From contig DAHWMK010000022.1 in assembly GCA_027343225.1 (NCBI GenBank), forward strand, positions 136,266 through 200,265: a stretch of 64,000 nt of DNA. The letters run 5' to 3'. Origin of the DNA: Thermoplasmatales archaeon (GTDB taxonomy: Archaea > Thermoplasmatota > Thermoplasmata > Thermoplasmatales > GCA-001856825). Within the stretch, counting starts at the first letter, position 1, and each line of letters begins with the position of its first letter. The position numbers and the translations under genes were made by a program. This document shows, in pieces, positions 28,249 to 36,911 of this stretch. The notes under the pieces are model-generated. The model was not told the DNA's origin, made no database searches, and saw only the letters and a program-made list of their open reading frames with translations.

Positions 28249-29327
28249 TAGAAAACACCTCCAAGATAGAGGGCCAGGCCGGCACTTATCAGCAAATTTA
28301 TGACGCTAAGTGGAAGAAGATATTTCCACCCCATTTGCAGAAGATGATCTATTCTGACTCTGCCCAGCGATATCCAGGTTAAGAGGAATATGAATATGAA
28401 CACGGCTCCCTTTACTACCAGCCAAATGGTTCCCGGAAATATCGGGCCTTCCCAGCCTCCAAGATAGACGACCGCAACTACGAACGCAGTAAGAGCCATG
28501 AATCCAAAATTACCCATATAAAAGATTCCGTACCTCATACCGCTATATTCAGTTGAGAATCCACTCACGAGTTCACTTCCGCTCTCAGGAAGATCGAAGG
28601 GAGGGATCGATTGCCTTCCAATCATTGCCAGGAAGAAGACAATGAAACCCAAGATTTCAGGAATGATGAATGGGATGAATCTCTGCGCTGTAACGATGTC
28701 GTTCGCACTGTAGCTGCCCGCCAATATAATTACCGAAATTATGGATATCAGCATAGGAACCTCGAATCCCATGTCCTGTGCCGCAGATCTCAGAGCACCG
28801 TAAAGTGAAAACTTGTTGTGAGAAGCAAGACCACCGATGATTTCTCCAACCGGAGCAATTGTCATAAAGGCAATAAGAAACAGTATTGTGTAATTGAAAT
28901 TAACAACCATCAGGTTCAGAATTGAGACACTTCCAAACGGAATGAGTATGAAGCCCAGAATGACAGGAGTGAAGACAAGGTAGGGTGCAACCTTGTAAGC
29001 AGTCCTATCGGCTGAGGTGGGTATAATGTCCTGTTTCTGTATTAGCTTGAACACATCCGCTATGAGCTGGAGCGTTCCCCAGATACCGACCCTGTTTGGG
29101 CCTATCCTGTTCTGAACATCGGCCATGTATTTTCTGAAAACATAAATTATGATGATGACGGCTACCATGGAGAGGGCGAATACCAGTACGACCTCAACAA
29201 CGGCAACTATGAAGTAGGCGATCCAGAGCCCCACTGGAATCCCATAGAATGTGAATGGAACAAAGTTGATGTGGAGGAACTTGACGATTCCGTAGAGGAT
29301 GCTCATGAGGAAGAAGAATAGATTCAT
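28248..29327 (-). CDS. nuoH: NADH:quinone oxidoreductase subunit H
   Basis: 359 aa polytopic protein with VQNRIGPNRVG, AAQDMGFEVP and SGFSTEYSGMRY motifs. Confidence 0.92.
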   Translation of the reverse strand: MNLFFFLMSILYGIVKFLHINFVPFTFYGIPVGLWIAYFIVAVVEVVLVFALSMVAVIIIIYVFRKYMADVQNRIGPNRVGIWGTLQLIADVFKLIQKQDIIPTSADRTAYKVAPYLVFTPVILGFILIPFGSVSILNLMVVNFNYTILFLIAFMTIAPVGEIIGGLASHNKFSLYGALRSAAQDMGFEVPMLISIISVIILAGSYSANDIVTAQRFIPFIIPEILGFIVFFLAMIGRQSIPPFDLPESGSELVSGFSTEYSGMRYGIFYMGNFGFMALTAFVVAVVYLGGWEGPIFPGTIWLVVKGAVFIFIFLLTWISLGRVRIDHLLQMGWKYLLPLSVINLLISAGLALYLGGVF

Positions 29328-30430
29328 CTATCCACCTCCCCAAACACGGGGTCTATAGAGCTTACAGCGGCCGTAAGGTCAGCTATCTTGTATCCCTTCA
29401 ACATCGTTGGAATCGAAGAAAGGTTTGCAAAACTCGGGCTTCTTATCCTTACTCTATAGGGTATGGACGATCCATCCCCTATAAGATGGATTCCGAACTC
29501 CCCCTTGGGCGATTCTGTTGGAACGTACGATTCTCCCGTGGTCTTTAACCTGACTAGCATCGGCTTAGAATACTTCTTGTTGTAGAATTCACCCTGAGGG
29601 ATTTTTTCCAGGACCTGTTTGACTATCTTCACACTCTGTCTCATCTCCTCTATTCTCACGAGGAATCTTGCATAGACATCTCCCTCGGTTCTGGACGGGA
29701 CATCAAAGTTTATCTTGTCGTAAAACAGGTACGGCGAATTTTTCCTCACGTCTCTCTTCATCCCCGAGGCCCTCTGCATGGGACCTGTAACACCATATGA
29801 CAGCACGTCGTCAGCAGTCAGAACACCGACACCCTTTGTCCTGCTGACGTATATGTAGCTCTTTCCAAGAATTGCCTGGATTTCTTCCAGTTTAGATTCG
29901 AAATCTTCAGTCCAGGCTCTTATCATCTCCAGCGCCTTGGGAGTGACATCAGAATATACTCCGCCAATGGCGAAATAGTTGTAGAGAAGTCTGCTTCCTG
30001 TGATCTCATCGAATATCCTTAGAATCCTTTCCCTCTCTCTGAAACAGTAGAAGAAAGGAGTGAGCATTCCCATATCTAGACCGTGGGTGCCTAACCAGAT
30101 CAGGTGTGAGGCTTCTCTGTTCAGTTCCACCATGAGCATTCTGATCCACTGCGCCCTCTCAGGAACCTGTACGTCCATGAGGCTTTCCACCGCTAGAACA
30201 TAACCGAGTTCCATGTTCAGAGCAGCAACGTAGTCGAGCCTGTCGATGTAGATCAGTCCTTTCGGATAAGAACCCATCTCAGCCAGTTTTTCCGCGTTTC
30301 TGTGAAGATATCCTATGACGGGTTGAGCATCCACAATAATTTCTCCGTCAAGTTTTACTTTGATTCTGAGGACTCCGTGCGTGGATGGATGCTGAGGACC
30401 AAAGTTGACTTCTATTACTTTGTCCTCCAT
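29324..30430 (-). CDS. nuoD: NADH:quinone oxidoreductase subunit D
   Basis: MEDKVIEVNFGPQHPSTHGVLR... The C-terminus is DPVFGEVDR. ATG 30430 lies 1 nt after the nuoC stop and follows GGAGGG. The track start at 30493 is over-extended into nuoC. Confidence 0.92.
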   Translation of the reverse strand: MEDKVIEVNFGPQHPSTHGVLRIKVKLDGEIIVDAQPVIGYLHRNAEKLAEMGSYPKGLIYIDRLDYVAALNMELGYVLAVESLMDVQVPERAQWIRMLMVELNREASHLIWLGTHGLDMGMLTPFFYCFRERERILRIFDEITGSRLLYNYFAIGGVYSDVTPKALEMIRAWTEDFESKLEEIQAILGKSYIYVSRTKGVGVLTADDVLSYGVTGPMQRASGMKRDVRKNSPYLFYDKINFDVPSRTEGDVYARFLVRIEEMRQSVKIVKQVLEKIPQGEFYNKKYSKPMLVRLKTTGESYVPTESPKGEFGIHLIGDGSSIPYRVRIRSPSFANLSSIPTMLKGYKIADLTAAVSSIDPVFGEVDR

Positions 30431-30431
30431 T

Positions 30432-30887
30432 TCAGTATCCCTCCGTCTTTTCGTAGGAAACCCTATCCTCTCCATCGTCTCCGAGGTTAACATACTGCTT
30501 CTTGTCCATCGGATAGTCCTTCCTCAGTGGATGACCAACCCATCCCTCCGCAAGCAGGATTCTCTTCAGGTTCGGGTGATTCTTGAACTTTATCCCAACT
30601 AGGTCCCACGTCTCCCTCTCGTGCCAGTCTGCTCCCTTCCAGAGTGATGTCACTGAATCAACTTCATCATTGGTTTTGGTCTTGACTATAAGATGGGCAC
30701 TGCTGGACGATGAAAGAAGGTGGTACATGACCTCAAGGTGATCCTTGTAATCCACGCCAGAAATCATCAATAGGGTGTCGAATCCCTCGTCCTTCCTCTC
30801 TTTCAGGTATTGCAGGATATTTTCCTTTGCTACGTAGACGACCCTAATCCCGTTTTTGGTAGAAGACTCGCTCTCCGTCGGTATCAA
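30432..30887 (-). CDS. nuoC: NADH:quinone oxidoreductase subunit C
   Basis: 151 aa. Contains [27 protein letters not shown], the NuoC signature. Confidence 0.9.
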   Translation of the reverse strand: MIPTESESSTKNGIRVVYVAKENILQYLKERKDEGFDTLLMISGVDYKDHLEVMYHLLSSSSSAHLIVKTKTNDEVDSVTSLWKGADWHERETWDLVGIKFKNHPNLKRILLAEGWVGHPLRKDYPMDKKQYVNLGDDGEDRVSYEKTEGY

Positions 30888-31342
30888 TGTTTCACCTTTC
30901 CCGCAACTATTCTATCCTGAAGCATCTTCAGAGCTTGAATCAGCGCTTCAGGTCTCGGAGGGCAACCATAGACATACACATCGACCGGAACTACCTGATC
31001 CACTCCATCCACTACCGAATATCCTCTGACATAAGGACCGCCTGCAGAGGCACAGGCACCCATGGAGATGACGAACTTCGGAAACGCCATCTGATCGTAC
31101 AGTCTCCTGATTCTCGGCGCCATCTTTTTTGTGACTGTTCCTGAAACTATCATGAGATCTGAATGTCTTGGGGAATCTCTGAAGATGTCTGAGCCAAATC
31201 TTGCCCAGTCATAATCTGATCCCATCGCACTCATCATTTCTATGGCGCAGCACGCCAGTCCAAAGGTGAAGGGCCAGAGCGACTTGCCAGTTCCCCATTT
31301 TAGTGCCTCATCCAACGAGGTAACGAGAATGTTATCCGACAC
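30884..31342 (-). CDS. nuoB: NADH:quinone oxidoreductase subunit B (N2 cluster)
   Basis: 152 aa with the [20 protein letters not shown] and GCPPRPE cysteine motifs. Confidence 0.93.
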   Translation of the reverse strand: MSDNILVTSLDEALKWGTGKSLWPFTFGLACCAIEMMSAMGSDYDWARFGSDIFRDSPRHSDLMIVSGTVTKKMAPRIRRLYDQMAFPKFVISMGACASAGGPYVRGYSVVDGVDQVVPVDVYVYGCPPRPEALIQALKMLQDRIVAGKVKH

Positions 31343-31703
31343 TGGACCACCTCATATATCCTTTCTTAGACGCGTAGAACAGTCCGGCTAGCATTATGGC
31401 GATAAACAGGACGACATCCAGAAAAATTCCAGTTCCTAGAGACTTAACGGAACCAGCCCACGGAAGAAGGAGAATGAAGTCAACGTCAAAAACAACGAAT
31501 GCCATTATGAAGAAGTAGTATTGAAGAGGAAGCGGCGACTGAAAGTCACCGACAGCTACCTCTCCGCACTCGTAGTTGTCGTGAGTATATCTCCCGTACG
31601 CCTTGGGCGAAAAGTGATGTGCCGTTCCCAATAGTATCGCTATAATTATAGGTACAATAATGACTGCCAGAGCAAGGGCAGCCAACTCAGGGGTCATGCT
31701 CAT
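31332..31703 (-). CDS. nuoA: NADH:quinone oxidoreductase subunit A
   Basis: 123 aa with 3 TM segments and YECGE plus [14 protein letters not shown] motifs. First gene of the nuo cluster. Confidence 0.88.
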   Translation of the reverse strand: MSMTPELAALALAVIIVPIIIAILLGTAHHFSPKAYGRYTHDNYECGEVAVGDFQSPLPLQYYFFIMAFVVFDVDFILLLPWAGSVKSLGTGIFLDVVLFIAIMLAGLFYASKKGYMRWSSVG

Positions 31704-31725
31704 CCATCCTCAAGTGATTTATCAA

Positions 31726-31733
31726 ATTTATAT
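31726..31733 (-). promoter_or_regulatory. Candidate TATA box for the nuo operon
   Basis: Minus strand reads ...AACATATAAATTTGATAAATCACTTGAGGATGGATG. The ATATAAAT centre lies about 27 nt upstream of the nuoA ATG, in the 61-nt sdhB-nuoA spacer. Confidence 0.35.
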
Positions 31734-31764
31734 GTTTTTAGAATCGTGCTTGACATATTGGGCA

Positions 31765-32568
31765 TCAGGAAACACCAGAAACGGATTTTCTCTCTGGACC
31801 TTTTGTTGCTTCCTTTTGTTTGAACTTGACGAAAACGTTGGTTGTGAGAGTTTGACGGAGGAGCTGGATTGCGAGAGCAGGATCCACTCCCTTTGGACAC
31901 ACCTCCGAACATGCTCCGGAAAAGTGGCATCGCCAGACGCCGTGTTTGGAATCGAGTGCATTTAGTCTCTCGTTGAAACCTAGGTCCCTGTTATCAGCGA
32001 TATACCTGAATCCCTGGGCCAGTGCCTGTGGTCCAAGATAGAGTTCATCGGATGCACTTGTAGGACAGGCAGATAAGCACAAGCCACACAGGATGCAATC
32101 AGTAAACATTGCAAATTCTTCGCGTTGTTCAGGAGTCTGAAGGAACTCGCTCTTTGGTTCCTCCTCTTCCCTGATTATGAACGGCTTTACTGTCTCGTGG
32201 TTTCTGAACAACTTTGAGATGTCTGGAACAAGGTCCTTTGTTATCTCATAGTTGCCCATTGGGTCGACCTTTATAAGATCCTTTCCAAGTTCCAATACCT
32301 GGGTCTGGCAGGCAAGTCTCTCCTTTCCGTTTATGATCATTCCGCAGGATCCACATATTCCCATCCTGCAAGAGTACCTTGCAGCCAGAGAATGATCCAG
32401 ATGCTCCTTGATGTAGAGTATTGAATCTAGGACAGTCATCCCTTTCTGCACGGGGACTTTGTATTCCATATATTTAGGCAGTTCCTTGTTCTCAGGATCG
32501 TACCTTCTGACCCTGAACGTAACAGTCTTAACTACTTCTCCAAACCCCTTCAAAACAAGCTCTTGCAT
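31765..32568 (-). CDS. sdhB: Succinate dehydrogenase iron-sulfur subunit (operon 1)
   Basis: 267 aa with CRMGICGSCGMIINGKERLAC, CILCGLCLSACP and CHFSGACSEVCP cluster motifs. Confidence 0.92.
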   Translation of the reverse strand: MQELVLKGFGEVVKTVTFRVRRYDPENKELPKYMEYKVPVQKGMTVLDSILYIKEHLDHSLAARYSCRMGICGSCGMIINGKERLACQTQVLELGKDLIKVDPMGNYEITKDLVPDISKLFRNHETVKPFIIREEEEPKSEFLQTPEQREEFAMFTDCILCGLCLSACPTSASDELYLGPQALAQGFRYIADNRDLGFNERLNALDSKHGVWRCHFSGACSEVCPKGVDPALAIQLLRQTLTTNVFVKFKQKEATKGPERKSVSGVS

Positions 32569-32569
32569 A

Positions 32570-32953
32570 TCAGAACCCTCCGTTCAGTGCTACAATAACA
32601 GTTCTGGATCCCCAGATGAAGACTATAAGGGCTACTATTACGAGAGCATATGTTATGATCTTGTCTGCCCGTGCTCCCGGGAATATCTCCGAGAGTATGA
32701 CCCTGAAGCCATTAAAGACATGAAATACTAGGAACGTCAGCAGTAACTCCAGAACTGACCCCCATATTAAAGAGGAGTACACTGCCCGCACCCAGGAATA
32801 GTAAAGTGTTCCACCCACCAGAATGTGGGCACCGCTTGTGCCACCATAAGCATACAGTACCTTGTCTGGACTGGGTGACAGAACGCTTATCAACAGGAAG
32901 TGGAAAGACCCAAACACCACGACAAGCAGCCCGGTCAGGTATTGCAAAAACAT
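32570..32953 (-). CDS. sdhD: Succinate dehydrogenase membrane subunit D (operon 1)
   Basis: Three hydrophobic segments between sdhC and sdhB. ATG 32953 (MFLQYLTG...) avoids overlap with sdhC. The track start at 33013 and upstream GTG codons are alternatives. Confidence 0.7.
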   Translation of the reverse strand: MFLQYLTGLLVVVFGSFHFLLISVLSPSPDKVLYAYGGTSGAHILVGGTLYYSWVRAVYSSLIWGSVLELLLTFLVFHVFNGFRVILSEIFPGARADKIITYALVIVALIVFIWGSRTVIVALNGGF

Positions 32954-32967
32954 CACCTGCGACTCTC

Positions 32968-33417
32968 TCACACTATCGCCCCCGTGAAAATGAAAACTAT
33001 TCCAATAGCGCATATTACCAACATGAATATAGCAACGGCGACCTTGAGGGCGTTGTTCAATCCTCGAAGCGACTTAGGCTTGTAAGGATATTCAGGTCTG
33101 TAGGGCTTCGGAAGCAGCAAACCGTTCTCCACTACGGTAAGCCTGATGCCATTCAGAGCGTGGTACGTTGCGGCAATGAGAATCGCAGACAGTATGTAGG
33201 GGCCGTAGTGGACTCCAAAAGGGTAGTCAAGATCTACCATGATCTTGTTCCACGTGACCGGTCCATTCAGTATGTTTGATGTCTCCCAGACGTGAGCCAT
33301 CAGGTAAAGACCGAGTGCAATACCTGTGAGTCTGTGAAGTGCATACATCCATCTGTCCGTCCCGTACTTGAATGGGTTGAACCAGAAAATCCAGCCTTTC
33401 TTGTTTTCTATCGTCAT
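32968..33417 (-). CDS. sdhC: Succinate dehydrogenase cytochrome b subunit C (operon 1)
   Basis: 149 aa with 3 TM segments and HRLTGIALGLYLMAHVWE-type His-containing helices. Confidence 0.8.
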   Translation of the reverse strand: MTIENKKGWIFWFNPFKYGTDRWMYALHRLTGIALGLYLMAHVWETSNILNGPVTWNKIMVDLDYPFGVHYGPYILSAILIAATYHALNGIRLTVVENGLLLPKPYRPEYPYKPKSLRGLNNALKVAVAIFMLVICAIGIVFIFTGAIV

Positions 33418-33426
33418 TGAATCACC

Positions 33427-35154
33427 TCAGTACACCCTCGCTTCCGGCTTCCACTTTGTTAGCGTCACTGGACGATAACTGATGTTCAATGCACCATCGA
33501 TTCTCTGAGCAATCGTGTGTTTCAGATAGTTTTCATCGTCCCTCTTTGGATAATCGGTTCTGAAATGGGATCCTCTGCTCTCTCTTCTCTCGAGAGCGCT
33601 GTGCACGACAACTTCCGCCAGTTCGACGAGGTTCTTCATTTCCAGAGAAGCGATCAGGTTTTGATTGTACACATTTCCCTTCTCAGAAATCGAAATCTTT
33701 TGGCTCTTCTCAATGAGTCCTCTGATTATCTTTAAGCCCTCGGTGAGACCCTTCTCATTCCTGAAAACGTAGGCGTCCTTGTCCATAGTCTTCCAGAGTT
33801 CTCTCTTAATGTCGTAGGGATCATTGTCTCCCTTGTCCTTGTAGGCATCTGCCAAAAATTCCTCTGCTCGCTTTCCATCCCCATCGGTTAGACTTACGGA
33901 CCCGCTGTTAGATAGCAGCCATTTCGCCGAATCCTCTCCAGCAATCTTTCCGAAGACGACGCACTCGCTTGTAGAGTTGGCACCAAGCCTGTTCGAGCCA
34001 TGGACAGATAGACATGCAGTTTCTCCGGCAGCCCAGAGGCCTGTTACTCCGGTGAAGCCCGTGCGCGTGACATCTATCCCACCCATAGTGTAATGGGCAG
34101 AAGGTCTGACTGGCAGAGGGGAATCCACCGGATCGATGCCAACATAGTGGATGCCAATCTCCCTCACCTGGGACAATTTTTCCTTGATTTTCTCCGCACC
34201 GATAGGCGAAAAATCCAACAATAAGTAGTCCAATCCATCAGGTCCCTTGAATCCTTTTCCTTCCAGGATCTCTGTCATCATGCTTCTGGAAACTATGTCT
34301 CTTGGGGCCAAGTCCTTCTTAGTGGGGGCATATTTCTCCATGAATCTTTCCCCCTTCGCATTTCTGAGTATGCCTCCATCTCCTCTGACCCCCTCCGTTA
34401 TGAGAATTCCTGAAGGTACAAGACCCGTAGGATGGAACTGGACGAATTCTATGTCCTTTAGTTTCATACCCCGTCTGAGGGCAACAGCGAGACCATCTCC
34501 AGTGACTAGATGTGAATAGGTTGTATATCCATACAATCTTCCTAGTCCTCCGGTAGCAATTATTCCAGCTCTCGCCTTGAAAATTCTGGTCTGTCCTGTT
34601 GGAATGTCAAATGCCATCACTCCCTTGAACTTGTTGTTTTCAATTATGAAATCATAGACAAACTGCTCGTGAAACTTGTCTATGTTCTGATACTTGAGCA
34701 TTGTATCATAGAGTGTGTGAACCTCATAGAAGCCTGTTCTGTCAGAGGCAAATGTTGCTCTCGGATACGAATGTCCACCGAAAGGTCTCTGAGCAATCCT
34801 CCCATCATCCCTCCTTGCCCAAGGTATTCCCCAGTGTTCCAGCTCTAAGATATCCAGTGGTGCCTGCCTGACGAAGAATTCAATTATATCCTGATCTCCA
34901 AGATAGTCCGAGCCCTTTATGGTGTCGTAGGCGTGAAGGTCGAAGGAGTCTCCCTCATCCATGTAGAGTACTGCGGCGGATCCGCCTTCTGCTGAGATCG
35001 AATGCGGTCTCATCAACTGATTCTTTGCTATTATCGCAATCCGCAATTTATCCTTCCCAACTCTGGCTGCTTCAATCGCAGCCCTAAGACCCGCCAGACC
35101 GGAACCAATTATGACTAAATCGTAATCAAAGATTTCGACCAAATAGATCTCCAA
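33427..35154 (-). CDS. sdhA: Succinate dehydrogenase flavoprotein subunit (operon 1)
   Basis: 575 aa with [15 protein letters not shown], the covalent-FAD His context [16 protein letters not shown] and RGSHFR. The track start is TTG 35154. A second TTG at 35142 is possible. Confidence 0.92.
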   Translation of the reverse strand: MEIYLVEIFDYDLVIIGSGLAGLRAAIEAARVGKDKLRIAIIAKNQLMRPHSISAEGGSAAVLYMDEGDSFDLHAYDTIKGSDYLGDQDIIEFFVRQAPLDILELEHWGIPWARRDDGRIAQRPFGGHSYPRATFASDRTGFYEVHTLYDTMLKYQNIDKFHEQFVYDFIIENNKFKGVMAFDIPTGQTRIFKARAGIIATGGLGRLYGYTTYSHLVTGDGLAVALRRGMKLKDIEFVQFHPTGLVPSGILITEGVRGDGGILRNAKGERFMEKYAPTKKDLAPRDIVSRSMMTEILEGKGFKGPDGLDYLLLDFSPIGAEKIKEKLSQVREIGIHYVGIDPVDSPLPVRPSAHYTMGGIDVTRTGFTGVTGLWAAGETACLSVHGSNRLGANSTSECVVFGKIAGEDSAKWLLSNSGSVSLTDGDGKRAEEFLADAYKDKGDNDPYDIKRELWKTMDKDAYVFRNEKGLTEGLKIIRGLIEKSQKISISEKGNVYNQNLIASLEMKNLVELAEVVVHSALERRESRGSHFRTDYPKRDDENYLKHTIAQRIDGALNISYRPVTLTKWKPEARVY

Positions 35155-35170
35155 TAAGAAAGTGCCTGAC

Positions 35171-35180
35171 GATATAAAAA
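35171..35180 (-). promoter_or_regulatory. Candidate TATA box for sdhACDB
   Basis: Minus strand reads GAGAATTTTTATATCGTCAGGCACTTTCTTATTGGAG. The TATA element lies about 20-30 nt upstream of the two candidate TTG starts. Confidence 0.3.
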
Positions 35181-35195
35181 TTCTCAGTTTTAGCC

Positions 35196-35210
35196 ACTAA
35201 ATTAAATTTA
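35196..35210. promoter_or_regulatory. 15-nt palindrome CTAAATT-A-AATTTAG upstream of the sdhA TATA box
   Basis: Two perfect 7-bp arms around one central base, lying between the two complex II operons. Confidence 0.25.
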
Positions 35211-35271
35211 GTTTACCTAAATGGAAAATAAATGGATAAAACTCAAAACTCACTCACCTATTCCTCACAGA

Positions 35272-35442
35272 TCAGGTGATCAAAATTGAAGATGCAAAGA
35301 GTATGAAACCTACTATCACCATTCCGATCACAGGAGTCATTCCAAGGTCAATCACTTTGTACAGTACCCCCGCTATCTCAATCAGGAATATCCCGAGGAA
35401 GAACAATGGGTATCTGTACCTGCTAGGCAGAATTTTCAGCAT
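35272..35442 (-). CDS. Unannotated 56-aa small membrane protein (two predicted TM helices)
   Basis: Below the ORF-track length cut-off. Hand translation gives MLKILPSRYRYPLFFLGIFLIEIAGVLYKVIDLGMTPVIGMVIVGFILFASSILIT*. The ATG lies 3 nt after the stop of the anchor gene (TGAGGCATG) and is preceded by GGGAGG. Confidence 0.55.
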   Translation of the reverse strand: MLKILPSRYRYPLFFLGIFLIEIAGVLYKVIDLGMTPVIGMVIVGFILFASSILIT

Positions 35443-35445
35443 GCC

Positions 35446-36165
35446 TCAAAGCCTCCCGTGTACTAGGAGGATGTTAGGAATAATTCCAGAGACCATTCCC
35501 CTTATGAACAGGTCAACGAAAACAAACATTATCAGACTCGTCCAAGCTATCGCCTCGTGATGCCCGTTCAACCTAGACTGGAACCTGTAGAGAGAATTTC
35601 TCTTGTTCTTGCTCACGGGGCAGTTGACACAATCGTTGTGTCCCCCGATCAAGTGCCTCACCGAGTGGCAGGAGAAGGTATAGAAGGTCACAGCAAGGGC
35701 GTTTACGGTGAGGATTATCGTTCCCAGACTCACGGTTAGCAGGCCAGAATATGTTATCGAATGATAAATGTCGTAATAGAAGAAAGGAAGAACTCCCCAA
35801 GCGGTGTACATGAAATATCTGTGAACATTCTCCACCCTGAAAAATCCAGTCTCGCCGCTGTACCCCCTTGTTTTCGAATCTTTCCTGGCATCCGTGGCGC
35901 AATTATTCGGGTGATTGAAGAGGTGTCTATGGTAATCCTTTCTGTATGCATAGCAGGTGACCCTGAATAGGGCGACCAGAGGCAGGATGAGGATAGTTGG
36001 AGTGTAGAATGGATCAGTCAGACCGTCGTAAACTGGAACTCTGTAGATGAAGAGGAGAACCGTGCCCAGAAGCGTTATCAGTACAAATGACCAGAATCTC
36101 CAGTTCGGTTCAAGGAATTCCGGGGGGATAAGATGCCTGATGGGAGATTCGCTCGCAGATCTCAT
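35446..36165 (-). CDS. Atypical single membrane anchor of the second complex II (5 TM, Cys/His-rich loop)
   Basis: 239 aa with about 5 hydrophobic segments. The loop motif SCHSVRHLIGGHNDCVNCP lies at 35620-35670. The gene overlaps the Fe-S subunit gene by 4 nt. It shows no resemblance to the sdhC/sdhD pair of operon 1. Confidence 0.65.
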   Translation of the reverse strand: MRSASESPIRHLIPPEFLEPNWRFWSFVLITLLGTVLLFIYRVPVYDGLTDPFYTPTILILPLVALFRVTCYAYRKDYHRHLFNHPNNCATDARKDSKTRGYSGETGFFRVENVHRYFMYTAWGVLPFFYYDIYHSITYSGLLTVSLGTIILTVNALAVTFYTFSCHSVRHLIGGHNDCVNCPVSKNKRNSLYRFQSRLNGHHEAIAWTSLIMFVFVDLFIRGMVSGIIPNILLVHGRL

Positions 36166-36911
36166 TTGCTGCCACTCCTTCTTCTCCTGGATCTTATAAA
36201 CATCGCAAGCGGATCGTACTGATTGTTAACAGCCCTTTCCTTCTCTGGGATTATTGCATTGTCTGTGATGTGTATCTCTTCGGGGCAGACTTCAGTACAG
36301 CACTTGGTTATGTTGCAATACCCCAGTCCGGCGTCCTTGTTCATGAATTCTGACCTGTCAAGCGCATCCAGAGGATGCATGTCGAGTGAAGCAGCCTTGA
36401 CGACATGCCTAGGCCCGAAATAGTTAGTGCTGTGCTCCCTTATCACGTGGCAGACATTCTGGCAAAGAAAACACTCGATGCACTTCTTGAATTCCTTTGA
36501 TCTCTCTATGTCAACCTGGGACATCTTCCACGGTTTTTCCAGACCTTCCTTTGGAGTGAATTTAGGAATCCGCTTCAGTAGTTCCCAGTTTTCTGACACG
36601 TCAGTAACCATGTCCTTTATGAGAGGGTATGCCGCTATAGGCGATACGGTAATCTTCCCCTCCTTTAGCGAATCAACCCGCGTCTTGCACATGAGGGCTG
36701 GCATGTGGTTAATCTCAGCGGAACAAGACCCACACTTACCTGCAGAACAGTTCCATCTCAAGGAGAGATTAGGGTCAATGTGCCTTTCTATGTATTTCAT
36801 AGCATCCAGAACAACCATTCCTTCTTCTCTCGGTACGTCGTAATCGACATACTTCCCCTCACGTTCCACAGAAGGGTCGTGCCTGTACACACTAACTCTT
36901 ACGGTATCCAT
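36162..36911 (-). CDS. sdhB: Succinate dehydrogenase/fumarate reductase iron-sulfur subunit (operon 2)
   Basis: 249 aa with CSAGKCGSCSAEINHMPALMC, CIECFLCQNVC and CNITKCCTEVCP. Confidence 0.88.
   Translation of the reverse strand: MDTVRVSVYRHDPSVEREGKYVDYDVPREEGMVVLDAMKYIERHIDPNLSLRWNCSAGKCGSCSAEINHMPALMCKTRVDSLKEGKITVSPIAAYPLIKDMVTDVSENWELLKRIPKFTPKEGLEKPWKMSQVDIERSKEFKKCIECFLCQNVCHVIREHSTNYFGPRHVVKAASLDMHPLDALDRSEFMNKDAGLGYCNITKCCTEVCPEEIHITDNAIIPEKERAVNNQYDPLAMFIRSRRRRSGSK

Noticed and set aside
30431-30493. N-terminal extensions in the ORF track for nuoD (30493), and similarly for hyuA (59182), hyuB (57131), dnaK (49229), nuoJ N-half (27796), sdhD (33013) and the HAD gene (5489)
   Set aside because: The extensions overlap upstream genes by 20-60 nt. 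Internal starts sit at classic stop-start junctions with Shine-Dalgarno-like purine runs and restore canonical N-termini.
35276-35560. 94-aa plus-strand ORF in the spacer after the atypical anchor gene
   Set aside because: It is antisense to the anchor gene 3' end and to the better-supported 56-aa minus-strand ORF, which has Shine-Dalgarno and stop-start coupling. The plus-strand ORF has no start context.
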